This document shows, piece after piece, positions 38,248-48,022 of a DNA stretch of 52,591 nucleotides. The DNA lies in contig PEXU01000047.1 of assembly GCA_002774635.1 (NCBI GenBank), positions 1-52,591 of the forward strand, read 5' to 3'. Position 1 is the stretch's first letter. Each line of letters starts with the position of its first letter. Both the position numbers and the translations under genes were made by a program. The stretch is from Candidatus Kerfeldbacteria bacterium CG08_land_8_20_14_0_20_40_16. Its GTDB lineage: Bacteria; Patescibacteriota; Patescibacteriia; UM-FILTER-42-10. The notes under the pieces were generated by a model that had not been told where the DNA came from, ran no database searches, and worked only from the letters and a program-made list of their open reading frames with translations.

Positions 38248-38323
38248 TGGTTGCGGGAGGGGGATTCGAACCCCCGACCTCCAGGTTATGAGCCTGACGA
38301 GCTGACCGCTGCTCTATCCCGCG
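38248..38323 (-). tRNA. Initiator tRNA-fMet (CAT); C1xA72 mismatch, A11:U24, CCA encoded
   Basis: CGCGGGATAGAGCAGCGGTCAGCTCGTCAGGCTCATAACCTGGAGGTCGGGGGTTCGAATCCCCCTCCCGCAACCA. Confidence 0.85.
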
Positions 38324-38573
38324 TCGTGTTGTCTTTTATAATTTTAAAGAATCCATCTCCTCCTTTTTGTTTTTTAAAGAATATTTCTCTTTTTCTTGCC
38401 TGGCTAAGTTTATCGAATTTTTCTGAATAAATCAATTTCCAGTTCTTAAATCGCTTTGTCCAGGTAGATAATCCCTCATTATGTTCTTTTAGCCTTCTTT
38501 GGATATCAGAAGTAGTCCCAATGTAATACCTCTTATTTTCGCTTTGAATTATATATACTATGTACTTTTTCAT
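38286..38573 (-). CDS. Small GIY-YIG nuclease domain protein; the ORF's 3' end reads into the tRNA-fMet 5' end, so the true C-terminus is likely shorter
   Basis: YIVYIIQSENKRYYIGTTSDIQRRLKEHN (GIY-YIG with the R/E/N catalytic trio). Confidence 0.65.
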   Translation of the reverse strand: MKKYIVYIIQSENKRYYIGTTSDIQRRLKEHNEGLSTWTKRFKNWKLIYSEKFDKLSQARKREIFFKKQKGGDGFFKIIKDNTTRDRAAVSSSGS

Positions 38574-38589
38574 CTTATCATCCAGTAAC

Positions 38590-38645
38590 TATGAGCCTGA
38601 CGAGCTGATCCCGCGTCCGCGGGACTCTATCCCGCGTCGAATGCT
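38590..38645 (-). other. Partial duplicate of the tRNA-fMet 5' half (acceptor strand through anticodon, ending after CTCATA) in which the D-loop CAGCGG is replaced by the 16-nt palindrome TCCCGCGGACGCGGGA
   Basis: The minus strand reads cgaCGCGGGATAGAG-TCCCGCGGACGCGGGA-TCAGCTCGTCAGGCTCATAg, compared with the intact gene 290 bp away. Confidence 0.6.
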
Positions 38646-38707
38646 TAAGTATCTTAACTTATAAAAAAAAATCTGACAAGACAGGTGGTAATAGTAAATA
38701 TAGTCTT

Positions 38708-38795
38708 TGGTGGGCAAGGAGAGAATCGAACTCTCATGAGCTTACGCTCATACGATTTTGAGTCGTACGCGTCTACCAATTCCGCCACTCGCCCC
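38708..38795 (-). tRNA. tRNA-Leu (CAA), long variable arm, CCA encoded
   Basis: GGGGCGAGTGGCGGAATTGGTAGACGCGTACGACTCAAAATCGTATGAGCGTAAGCTCATGAGAGTTCGATTCTCTCCTTGCCCACCA. Confidence 0.85.
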
Positions 38796-38957
38796 TTTAT
38801 TTAATGTGTATACTTTTTCCGTCGGATGAATGTAGGGTTTATTATACCCCAAACCTAGCTACTATTTAAGATTCCCTTTCGTTGTAAAATAAGTCTAGAA
38901 ATAAAATACTTAACTGTCAACATTTCAATGATGTAAAAAATCAGCAAATCTGGTATA

Positions 38958-39752
38958 ATGATACAAGATTTTGTCTTTCAAAATAATATGGCTCGAATTA
39001 TTTCGCTGGTAAATCAAAAAGGAGGAGTGGGTAAAACCACTACCGCTGTTAATTTAGGAGCCTATTTAGCGGCGATGGGCCGTTTTGTCCTTTTGGTGGA
39101 CATTGATCCTCAAGGAAACGCATCTTCCGGAGTGGGAATCGATTTTAGAAAAGTGCAAAAAGGAGTCTATGAGGCAATTATTAAACAGGCTTCTTTTCGG
39201 GAAGTGACTCATCATACAGCGTTAGAAGGCTATAAAGTGGCCCCTTCCACAATTTCCTTGGCCGGCGCTAATATTGAGCTGGTGACGGTGGAAAACCGAG
39301 AACACAAGCTGCGCGAGAGCCTGTTAGAGGTCAAGAACGATTATGATTACATTTTAATCGATTGCCCGCCTAGCTTAGGATTATTGACGATTAACGGCTT
39401 AGTGGCCGCCGACGAAATTTTGGTTCCCGTGCAAAGCGAATACTATGCATTAGAAGGATTAGGGCAACTACTCCATACCGTTAATTTAATTAAGGAAAAT
39501 ATTAAGCCAGAACTCAAAATGTTGGGAGCGGTGCTGACCATGTACGACCGCCGCCACCAGCTTTCCAACGAGGTAATGTATGAGCTTTACAAATTTTTCC
39601 CCAGTAAAATATTTCGTTCCGTCATACCCCGAAACGTGAAGCTGGCCGAAGCTCCTTCTTTCGGCGAGCCGATTATTAAGTACGATCCCAAATCAAAAGG
39701 GGCCAAAGCCTACGAGAGGCTGGCCCGGGAAGTAATTGAAACAGAAGGATAA
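38958..39752 (+). CDS. parA: Chromosome partitioning ATPase ParA/Soj (start probably MARIISL at 38988)
   Basis: Deviant Walker A KGGVGKTT. Confidence 0.9.
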   Translation: MIQDFVFQNNMARIISLVNQKGGVGKTTTAVNLGAYLAAMGRFVLLVDIDPQGNASSGVGIDFRKVQKGVYEAIIKQASFREVTHHTALEGYKVAPSTISLAGANIELVTVENREHKLRESLLEVKNDYDYILIDCPPSLGLLTINGLVAADEILVPVQSEYYALEGLGQLLHTVNLIKENIKPELKMLGAVLTMYDRRHQLSNEVMYELYKFFPSKIFRSVIPRNVKLAEAPSFGEPIIKYDPKSKGAKAYERLAREVIETEG

Positions 39753-39764
39753 TCAGATAAAAAT

Positions 39765-40631
39765 ATGAAACACAATAGCAGCTTGGGTCGGGGATTAGCC
39801 GCCCTGATTCCCATCAAAAAAGAATCGACTATTTCTACCGCAGAGCTGGCCAGGACTGAAGTAGAAAGGGTGCAAGAGGTTCCGGTTTCCCAAATCCAGA
39901 ATAATCCCATGCAGCCCCGGCACCATTTCGACCACCATTCGGAAGAGGAATTGGTAAATTCTATTAAAGAGCACGGAATTATCCAGCCGCTGATTGTTAC
40001 TAAAACAGATCAGGGCTACCAGCTGATTGCCGGAGAAAGAAGATTAAGGGCCGCTAAACTGCTGGAGCTAGCAACGGTTCCAATAATTTTAAGAAACGCT
40101 TCCCAGCAGCAAAAACTGGAGGTTTCCTTAATTGAGAATATTCAGCGGCAGGATCTTAATCCTGTTGAAGAAGCCCAAGCTTACCGTCGGCTGATGGATG
40201 AATTTAGCCTGACCCAAGAGCAGTTGGCCAACCGAATGGGCAAGAACCGCGCCACTATTGCTAATATCATTCGGGTCCTAGAGTTGCCCGAGGAAGTCCA
40301 AAATGCCCTGATTGACCGAAAGATTACCATTGGGCACGCCAAAGTGCTTTTGTCGCTGGATAACCCTAAAGATCAAATCAACACTTTTAAAAAGATTTTG
40401 CGCGGGAACCTTAATATTCAAGAAACAACCAGGATCATCAGAAAAATCCAGCCGAAAGGAGAGAAAACAATCGACTTTGCTCTTCAAGAAAAAGAAGAAA
40501 AACTAAGAGCGGCGCTGGCCACTAAAGTGAATATTGAAAAGAGGGGGAATAAAGGAAAAATCGTGATCGCATTTTATTCCTCTGAAGAAATGGATTCCCT
40601 TATTAGAAAGATATTAGGCAACGATCGCTAG
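39765..40631 (+). CDS. parB: Chromosome partitioning protein ParB/Spo0J
   Basis: ParB box GERRLRAAK, HTH, and a C-terminal dimerisation region. Confidence 0.9.
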   Translation: MKHNSSLGRGLAALIPIKKESTISTAELARTEVERVQEVPVSQIQNNPMQPRHHFDHHSEEELVNSIKEHGIIQPLIVTKTDQGYQLIAGERRLRAAKLLELATVPIILRNASQQQKLEVSLIENIQRQDLNPVEEAQAYRRLMDEFSLTQEQLANRMGKNRATIANIIRVLELPEEVQNALIDRKITIGHAKVLLSLDNPKDQINTFKKILRGNLNIQETTRIIRKIQPKGEKTIDFALQEKEEKLRAALATKVNIEKRGNKGKIVIAFYSSEEMDSLIRKILGNDR

Positions 40632-40736
40632 TGTAGATTTTTTGGATGTTGATGGAATATCTATTGTTCGATTGCTCGATTATTCTATTGTTACCAGCTA
40701 AGTTTAACAATAAAACTAATCATTAGCAGGAATTAA

Positions 40737-43034
40737 ATGTCGTTTAAATTTTTATCCAAGGTAAATAATTCCCAAAAATCAATGGGCGATAAAATAATCA
40801 ATTGGTGCCTTTCTTTAATTATTTTTTTCTTGCCTCTTTTCTTTTTTCCACTTTCCGTAAGTACTTTGGAATTGAACAAGATGTTTTTGTTCTATTTATT
40901 AGTCTTTATTGCTTTTTTAACCTGGATTATCAATTCGGTGTTAAGAAAAGAATTGGTAATCAAACACAGTTTTTTAAATACCTTAATAATCATCTTCGGA
41001 TTAATTTACCTGCTGGCCTCTATTTTTTCTGACGATCGCTTTTTAAGTTTTATTGGCGCCCCTTTATCGCATGGCAGTTTCTTAGCGCTTCTATTCTTTA
41101 TTATTTTCTATTTTCTGGTTACCAACACAATCAGGGGAATAGAAGAAGGATGGCAATTACTGCGGCTGTTTTTGTATTCCGGGATATTGATTGTAATTTT
41201 TAACCTAGCCCAGCTTTTTGGAGTGCATATTTTGCCTTTTGATTTTACCCAGAACAGCGCTTTTAATTTAGTGGCTAATTCCGTTTCTATTCTCGCCATT
41301 TATTTAGTGGTCTTGTTTGTGATTGGACTCGGTTTTTTAATCAGAAGCACTAAACAAACAGAAAGAATATCCAGCGAAGTTTTTTTGGTGCTAGTATTCG
41401 CTCTCCTCTTTTTCTTAGATCAAGATATTGGCTGGTATTTATTAATTTTTGGCTTATTTGCTTGGCTGGTATTCCTTTCTATGCAATCAAAGAGAATAAA
41501 AGCATTTTGGGTGATTCTGCCCACTGTTCTTTTGATTATTTCCTTAGCCTTTTTATTTTTTTCCACCACTTCATTGACCTGGCTGAATCCTCCCACCGAT
41601 TTGAAGCTTGATTATCATACCACGCTCACAATAACCAAATCCAGTCTGACGCACTCTCTTATTTTAGGATCCGGCCCCGAGACTTTTCATTACGATTTTA
41701 GTGCTTATCGGCCAGTTGATTACAATAATTCTATTTTATGGCAATTGCGTTTTGATCGTTCCACTAATGAATTTTTTCAATTAATCATTACGGCCGGGTT
41801 TTTTGCCTTTCTCGCTTTTATCATAATTTCCCTCTGGTATCTAATAAGAGTAGGTAAGAATATTTTGGTATCCAGCGCCATCAAAGATGAATGGTATTAT
41901 CAATCAGTAATTTTTTCGGGATTTTTAGTTATTTTCTTAAGTGGTTTTCTTTACCCTTTTAGTACCGCTACCAGCTTTATTTTCTGGTTCTTATTGGCAT
42001 TGGGAGGGTTATTCTTAAACCGAAAAGAGGTGAAATTAAATCTTCAGAAATCAGCCGGAATCAATTTTATTTTCTCGCTTGGTTTTTCTTTACTATTAAT
42101 CGGTGCCGTTTCTTTTATTTATTTTGGGATGAGAATTTGGCTGGGAGATTATTATTTAGCTCAAGCTCAAACCACCTTTGAGGAAACCAACAATCCTTTG
42201 TTGGCCATAGAAAAACTGGAAAAGGGAGTAAGTCTTAGTCCTTGGCTGGCTGCGCCTCATTTGGCCCTGGCCGATGGTCTGATGGTAAGCGCCAATTATT
42301 CGGTACAGCAAAATGATGCTGCTAGTACCGGGAACTTATTAAATAGAGCGGAACAGGAAATAGAGCTGGCTATCAAAAAAGAGCCTAAGAATGTGGTGGT
42401 CTATGAACATGCTGGTGAGATTTATCAGCTGATTAGCAAAGCCGGCGGTTCAATAGCCAATGAAAAAATAATAGCAGTCTATGAAAAAGCGATCGAGCGG
42501 GAATCAAACAGTCCTTCTCTTTATTTAACTCTAGGCAGTGTCTATTTTTCGCAAGCCCAAATTATTCAAGCTCGAATTGATAATTCCCAAGAACCAACCG
42601 GAGAAGAAAGCGATTTAGAGACCGCTACTCAAAATGCCTTGGAAAAGATAAAAAGAGCTACTGAATTGAAATCAGATTACGAAAACGCGGAACAGCTTTA
42701 TGCTCAAGTTCTAGAATTTCAAGGAAAGTTCTCAGAAGCGGTTGAATATCTTAATACTGCCTTAGCGAACAATGCAGCCAGCTTAACTCTCTTAGAAGAA
42801 AGGGGTAAGGCACTGTTAGCCGAAGAAAAATTAGAAGAAGCCCAAAATGATTTCCTGACCATTTTAGCGCTGGCGCCCAATCACGCTAATGCCCATTATT
42901 GGTTAGCTTTGATTTACGAGAAGCAAGGGGAAAAAGATAAAGCAATAGCAGAATTAGAGCAGGTTTTAAAAACTAATCCGGGCAATTCGTTAGTGACCCA
43001 AAAAATCTCCCAGTTAAAGGGAGAATCAAATTAA
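40737..43034 (+). CDS. Polytopic O-antigen-ligase (Wzy_C)-like membrane protein with C-terminal TPR repeats
   Basis: ~12 transmembrane helices; TPR-like repeats in the C-terminal ~300 aa. Confidence 0.55.
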   Translation: MSFKFLSKVNNSQKSMGDKIINWCLSLIIFFLPLFFFPLSVSTLELNKMFLFYLLVFIAFLTWIINSVLRKELVIKHSFLNTLIIIFGLIYLLASIFSDDRFLSFIGAPLSHGSFLALLFFIIFYFLVTNTIRGIEEGWQLLRLFLYSGILIVIFNLAQLFGVHILPFDFTQNSAFNLVANSVSILAIYLVVLFVIGLGFLIRSTKQTERISSEVFLVLVFALLFFLDQDIGWYLLIFGLFAWLVFLSMQSKRIKAFWVILPTVLLIISLAFLFFSTTSLTWLNPPTDLKLDYHTTLTITKSSLTHSLILGSGPETFHYDFSAYRPVDYNNSILWQLRFDRSTNEFFQLIITAGFFAFLAFIIISLWYLIRVGKNILVSSAIKDEWYYQSVIFSGFLVIFLSGFLYPFSTATSFIFWFLLALGGLFLNRKEVKLNLQKSAGINFIFSLGFSLLLIGAVSFIYFGMRIWLGDYYLAQAQTTFEETNNPLLAIEKLEKGVSLSPWLAAPHLALADGLMVSANYSVQQNDAASTGNLLNRAEQEIELAIKKEPKNVVVYEHAGEIYQLISKAGGSIANEKIIAVYEKAIERESNSPSLYLTLGSVYFSQAQIIQARIDNSQEPTGEESDLETATQNALEKIKRATELKSDYENAEQLYAQVLEFQGKFSEAVEYLNTALANNAASLTLLEERGKALLAEEKLEEAQNDFLTILALAPNHANAHYWLALIYEKQGEKDKAIAELEQVLKTNPGNSLVTQKISQLKGESN

Positions 43035-43039
43035 TTCGG

Positions 43040-43080
43040 AAAAATAGAAAGAGATCCGGTCGCGGCCGGATCTCTTTGTT
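43040..43080. terminator. Bidirectional terminator hairpin between convergent genes
   Basis: agagatccggtcgcggccggatctct. Confidence 0.6.
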
Positions 43081-43088
43081 ATATTTTG

Positions 43089-44537
43089 TCATTTGGCGTA
43101 GCGACGAATTCTTTCCTTAGCTAAATGCGTTTTGACAAATTCCAACCAATCGGTACTGGGACGTTTTCTTTTTTTATCCATAATAATTTCAACCATATCG
43201 CCGCTTTTCAGTTTGGTGTCTAATTTATTCATTTTTTCGTTAATTTTCGCCCCGCTGCATTTATTGCCAAGATCAGTATGAACGTAATAAGCAAAGTCAA
43301 CCGGTGTGGATCCCTCGGGCAAATCAATCACATCTCCTTTGGGAGTAAAGACGAAAATACGGTTTTGGAAAATATCAGTCTTGATTGATTCCAGGAATTG
43401 GGTCTGATCCTTAACTTCTTTCTGAATTAAAATCAAATCTTTAATCCAAGCAAACTCTTTCCTTAAATCCTTTTTTGATTTTAAAACTCCCCCTTCTTTA
43501 TAGTGAAAATGAGCGGCAATGCCAAATTCAGCATACTCGTGCATTTTAGGGGTTCTAATTTGAAATTCTACTACTTGTCCTCCTAGACAAAAAATGGTGG
43601 TGTGCAGAGATTGGTAACCGTTAGGTTTAGGGGTGGCAATATAATCTTTGATTTTTCCTTTAAGTGGTTTCCAATTTTTGTGAATAATTCCTAAGGTGGC
43701 GTAGCAATCACTGATGGTCGGCACAATTATCCGAACTGCGATTAAATCGTGTATTTCATTAAAATCCATATTGTTTCTAAGCAACTTTTGATACAGGCTA
43801 TAAAGATGCTTGGTCCTGCCGTGAATTGATAACACTTTGATTTTTTCATATGCTAGCAATTCTTTTATTACTTTTTTTACTTGTTCAATATACTTTTCTT
43901 CAGTTTGGAGTATTTCTTTCACTTTTCTGGTCAGCATTTCGTATTCTTCAGGAAGAACATAAGGGAACGACAAATCCTCCAGCTTACCTTTCAGTTCGCC
44001 CATTCCTAAGCGATTAGCGATCGGAGCGTATATTTCTAAGGATTCTAAAGCAATTCTTTTTTGCTTTTCTTTAGGAAGGGCAGCGAGTGTTTCTAAATTA
44101 TGAATTCGGTCGGCAAACTTAATCAGAATGATTCTAATATCCTGCGCCATGGCTAGAAACATCTTTCTCAAATTTTCAATATAGCGTTGCATTCCCCGGT
44201 ATTTTATTTTTCCTAGCTTGGTAATACCTCCTACCAAGGTAGCAATTTCTTTTCCGAATTCTTTTTCCACATCTTCGATTGTTTTAGCGGTATCTTCCGG
44301 AACATCGTGCAAAAGGCCGGCAATGATAATTTTGTCGCTTAATCCTAAGCTTGCCAGATTGTAAGCGGTGGCCAAAGGATGCTGAATATAATCTTCGCCT
44401 GAGAGCCGTTTTTGCCCGCGGTGCGCCTCCTCGGCAAAATCATAAGCCAAACTGATCAGGTCGATGTCAGCCTCGGGATTTTTCTCTTTTACTTCTTTAA
44501 GCAGGGTTTTAATAGTCATGGTCGTTGTGTTAGGCAA
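43089..44537 (-). CDS. rel: Short bifunctional (p)ppGpp synthetase/hydrolase Rel/SpoT homolog (HD + synthetase + TGS domains, no ACT domain)
   Basis: HD motif HDVPED; synthetase GYQSLHTT; TGS fold at the C-terminus. Confidence 0.85.
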   Translation of the reverse strand: MPNTTTMTIKTLLKEVKEKNPEADIDLISLAYDFAEEAHRGQKRLSGEDYIQHPLATAYNLASLGLSDKIIIAGLLHDVPEDTAKTIEDVEKEFGKEIATLVGGITKLGKIKYRGMQRYIENLRKMFLAMAQDIRIILIKFADRIHNLETLAALPKEKQKRIALESLEIYAPIANRLGMGELKGKLEDLSFPYVLPEEYEMLTRKVKEILQTEEKYIEQVKKVIKELLAYEKIKVLSIHGRTKHLYSLYQKLLRNNMDFNEIHDLIAVRIIVPTISDCYATLGIIHKNWKPLKGKIKDYIATPKPNGYQSLHTTIFCLGGQVVEFQIRTPKMHEYAEFGIAAHFHYKEGGVLKSKKDLRKEFAWIKDLILIQKEVKDQTQFLESIKTDIFQNRIFVFTPKGDVIDLPEGSTPVDFAYYVHTDLGNKCSGAKINEKMNKLDTKLKSGDMVEIIMDKKRKRPSTDWLEFVKTHLAKERIRRYAK

Positions 44538-44633
44538 TCCTAGTGTAAGCTAGAATTGTTTTCCAATCAAGGCAATTAAAACAAAAAGGCGCGAATTGTT
44601 TTGCGCCTTGCTTGATTGATAAATTTTTCTCAA

Positions 44634-46841
44634 TTACTTTTTGAATTTACAGCCAGTATTAGAACAATAGCTTGTATTCCCCTTGCCATAAACTAATAGA
44701 TTTTCGCAATCCGGGCATTTTTCGCCGGTCGGTTTAGACCAGAGGGCGAATTTACAATTAGGATATTGGTTGCAGGAATAGAATGTTTTTCCTCTTTTGC
44801 TTCTTTTCTCTACAATATCGCCCTTGCCGCACTGGGGGCATTTTACACCAGTAGTTTTCTCAATCCCTTTTATGCCTTTACATTCCGGATATTTAGAACA
44901 GCCCAGGAATTTTCCGTAGCGACTCTGCTTGATCTGCATGGGAGCGCCGCAAAGGTCACATTTTTCATCGGTCAGTTCCGGTTTCTCCGGTTCGCCAGCT
45001 CCATTTAAGGGTTTTGTATTTTTGCAGTCAGGAAAGCCGGTGCAGGCTAAAAATTTTCCAAAGCGTCCCAGTTTAATTACCATCGGCTTGCCGCACTTTT
45101 CGCAAACTTCTTCGGTGGCTTCTTCAGTTAAATCTTTTTTATTTACTTTTTCCATTTTTTGCATAAGGTTTTCTTTAAATGGTTGATAAAATTCTTTAAT
45201 AATCGGAATCCATTCCTTTTTCGCTTGGGCAATTTCATCTAAATTGTTTTCCATATTGGCAGTAAATTGATAATCCACTATTTTAGGAAAGTGTTCTACT
45301 AATACGTCGTTAACCAGAATGCCAATTTCATTTGGTTTCAGTCTCCGATTTTCTTTGGATACATAACCCCGCTCGATAATTGTGCCGATGGTAGGGGCGT
45401 AGGTGGAGGGACGGCCGATTCCGTATTCCTCAAGCGCTTTCACTAAGCCGGCTTCGGAATAACGGGCCGGCGGTTCGGTAAAATGCTGTTCGGGAATGAT
45501 TTCCTTAGCTTCTAATTTTTCATTTATTTCCAGTTGAGGCAGAAGTTTCTCTTGCTGATTATTGGGATATACTTTCAAAAATCCGTCGAATTTTATTATT
45601 GATCCGGAAGCCAAAAAATTGTATTTTTCTTCTTTATTTACAATATCGACACTGGTTGAATCAATTATGGCTTTTTCCATTTGGCAGGCGAGTGCTCTCT
45701 GCCAAATAAGTTCGTAAAGCTTGTAAATCGATTTGTCGACATAAGGTTTGATTGACTCGGGGGCACGGTTAATATCGGTGGGCCGAATCGCTTCATGCGC
45801 TTCTTGAGCGAGCTTGGATTTTGCTTTGTAATACCGGGCTGTTTTAGGTAAATAAGAAGCACCAAAACTTTCTTTAATATATCCTCGGGCCTCCTCAATA
45901 AATTTACGGGCTAAATTAACAGAATCAGTACGCATATAAGTGATTAGTCCCACTGTTCCTTCCGAACCAAGTCCCAATCCTTCATAGAGCTTTTGAGCCA
46001 TAAACATAGTCTGGCGTGAAGAATATCCTAATTTTCGATTAGCATCTTGCTGTAGGGTAGAGGTAGTAAAAGGAGGAAAAGGATTGCGATAGGTTTCCTT
46101 TTTTCTAATCTCCTTAACAAAAAATCCATCCTTGAGATTTTCTAAAATGGCCTTCGCTTCTTTTTCGTTGGGGATGGCAAATTTATCCAGCGTTTTGCCG
46201 GCAATCTTGTTTAGTTTGGCTGGAACAGTTTCCTTGCTATCGAGTTTCTTAAATTCCCCTTCAATCGTCCAATATTCCCGAGCCTTAAAATTCTGAATTT
46301 CTCTTTCTCTTTCCACGATTAAGCGGACGGCCACTGATTGTACTCTTCCCGCTGATAGGCCTTTAGCCACCTTCTTCCATAGAAAAGGGGAGAGCTCGTA
46401 TCCGACTAAGCGATCCAGCACCCGGCGGGCCTGTTGCGCATCTACCAGGTTTAAATCAAGCGAGCGGGGATTTTTCAGCGCGTCTTTAATTGCTTCTTTG
46501 GTGATTTCGTGGAAGGCAATTCTTCTAGTTTTATCTTCAGGCAAACCAAAAATATTGGCCAAATGCCAAGAAATAGCCTCTCCTTCCCGGTCTTCATCAG
46601 TAGCAAAATAGACCAAACTAGCTTTCTCGGCCAGTTTTTTCAGCTCGTTCACTTTTTTCCGCGACTTAGTGGGAATTACGTAATGGGGTTCAAAATTGCT
46701 TTCGATGTCGATTCCCATGTTTCCTTTAGGAAGATCTCGAACATGCCCGTTTGATGATTGAACATCGTATTCCTTTCCCAAAAAACGGGAAATAGTCTTG
46801 GCTTTGGTGGGTGATTCAACGATTACTAAATTTTTAGCCAT
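44634..46841 (-). CDS. topA: DNA topoisomerase I (type IA) with multiple C-terminal zinc ribbons
   Basis: Toprim N-terminus (LVIVESPTKAKTI), active-site Tyr region, and 4x CxxC...CxxC. Confidence 0.9.
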   Translation of the reverse strand: MAKNLVIVESPTKAKTISRFLGKEYDVQSSNGHVRDLPKGNMGIDIESNFEPHYVIPTKSRKKVNELKKLAEKASLVYFATDEDREGEAISWHLANIFGLPEDKTRRIAFHEITKEAIKDALKNPRSLDLNLVDAQQARRVLDRLVGYELSPFLWKKVAKGLSAGRVQSVAVRLIVEREREIQNFKAREYWTIEGEFKKLDSKETVPAKLNKIAGKTLDKFAIPNEKEAKAILENLKDGFFVKEIRKKETYRNPFPPFTTSTLQQDANRKLGYSSRQTMFMAQKLYEGLGLGSEGTVGLITYMRTDSVNLARKFIEEARGYIKESFGASYLPKTARYYKAKSKLAQEAHEAIRPTDINRAPESIKPYVDKSIYKLYELIWQRALACQMEKAIIDSTSVDIVNKEEKYNFLASGSIIKFDGFLKVYPNNQQEKLLPQLEINEKLEAKEIIPEQHFTEPPARYSEAGLVKALEEYGIGRPSTYAPTIGTIIERGYVSKENRRLKPNEIGILVNDVLVEHFPKIVDYQFTANMENNLDEIAQAKKEWIPIIKEFYQPFKENLMQKMEKVNKKDLTEEATEEVCEKCGKPMVIKLGRFGKFLACTGFPDCKNTKPLNGAGEPEKPELTDEKCDLCGAPMQIKQSRYGKFLGCSKYPECKGIKGIEKTTGVKCPQCGKGDIVEKRSKRGKTFYSCNQYPNCKFALWSKPTGEKCPDCENLLVYGKGNTSYCSNTGCKFKK

Positions 46842-47178
46842 AAAAAAATGGAGCTTTAAATTTTAATATCCTTATTTATAACTCAAATTGTTTATTGCTG
46901 TCAATATAGGAAGTTAGGAGATAGACTATGGTTGTGTTTGAAGGTATGGTCTGATGTATGGTTTAAGGGGTGGTTTAAGGTCTTTTAGGAAAATGCATGG
47001 ATTAGAATATACTACACCCTTCTACCACGACCATACTTAGAAATAAACTCCCAACCTTAAACCCAGTAAGATTTCTTTAGTGGAGTGGATGAAATCTCAC
47101 TATTGGATATTGTTATTACTATCTAAGTAATCTATAATGTTATATAGAAATGAATAATCAAAATTAAATCATAATTAT

Positions 47179-47928
47179 ATGGATATGGATATAGTATTAT
47201 TTATAGTATTCGCATTAATTTTTATTACTCCATATTTCATAGCATTCTATTTCCGACGTCGGAAACCAATAATTACAGAATTAATATTGGCCTTTATTCT
47301 TGGTTTCGCCGTAGCTTCTTTTTTTTACTCAATCATAGATATTTTATATCACGATTACGGATTAGAAGGGGCTATTATAGAGCTTTGGATGTTCATTTTA
47401 ATAATAATAGCTCTTATCAATAGTATTTGGTTGAGAAGGTCATTAAGGAAAAAACGTGTTGAACTTCAAGGTAAATCACAACATATTTATCTGTTTATTG
47501 CCTTAATACTTGGTATTTTACTATCAACTATTTTGTATTGGGGATCAATCGAAAACTTCGTAGAAAAAAGAAACATCTCGGCAGCTATAAAAACAAAATA
47601 CCAAGAAGCTGTTAAGAAATCGCCCATAGTTGATATTGGAGAAACAATTACACTTACTCCAGAACAGCCAGCTTTTAAATTAAATTCTAGCAAAGGACTA
47701 TTAGTAGAAGATATAGTAAAAAGAAACGATAAATTCCTTCAGCCTCACTGGTTAGGTTGTGATTTTAATTATTATGTATCCTCAGGAAGAAGTGGTATTA
47801 GTTATCTCTACTCTAAAAATTATGAAATTATGATAGAGAAAAATACATGTGCCCAGTTAAAAGACTGTGATACTAATACACTAAATTTGGAGATTACTCA
47901 TTGTAACCCCAATTTAATGTATCGCTAA
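47179..47928 (+). CDS. Membrane protein, hypothetical, in a markedly AT-rich (~28% GC) island
   Basis: 3-4 transmembrane helices; compositional outlier. Confidence 0.45.
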   Translation: MDMDIVLFIVFALIFITPYFIAFYFRRRKPIITELILAFILGFAVASFFYSIIDILYHDYGLEGAIIELWMFILIIIALINSIWLRRSLRKKRVELQGKSQHIYLFIALILGILLSTILYWGSIENFVEKRNISAAIKTKYQEAVKKSPIVDIGETITLTPEQPAFKLNSSKGLLVEDIVKRNDKFLQPHWLGCDFNYYVSSGRSGISYLYSKNYEIMIEKNTCAQLKDCDTNTLNLEITHCNPNLMYR

Positions 47929-48022
47929 ATCAGTGGAGAATTCTCTTTTGAAGGATAAGCTGAAGCTTCCACGCTTCTGTTTTTTTAATGCTTTTAGCTT
48001 AAACAACTTTCAAATATCCAAA

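Noticed and set aside
38078-38305. 75-aa plus-strand ORF across the tRNA region
   Set aside because: It overlaps two tRNA genes and the GC-rich insertion on the opposite strand, so it is an artefact.
38286-38323. C-terminal 12 residues of the GIY-YIG ORF
   Set aside because: These codons are the tRNA-fMet 5' end read in another frame. The functional protein probably ends earlier, or the overlap is incidental.
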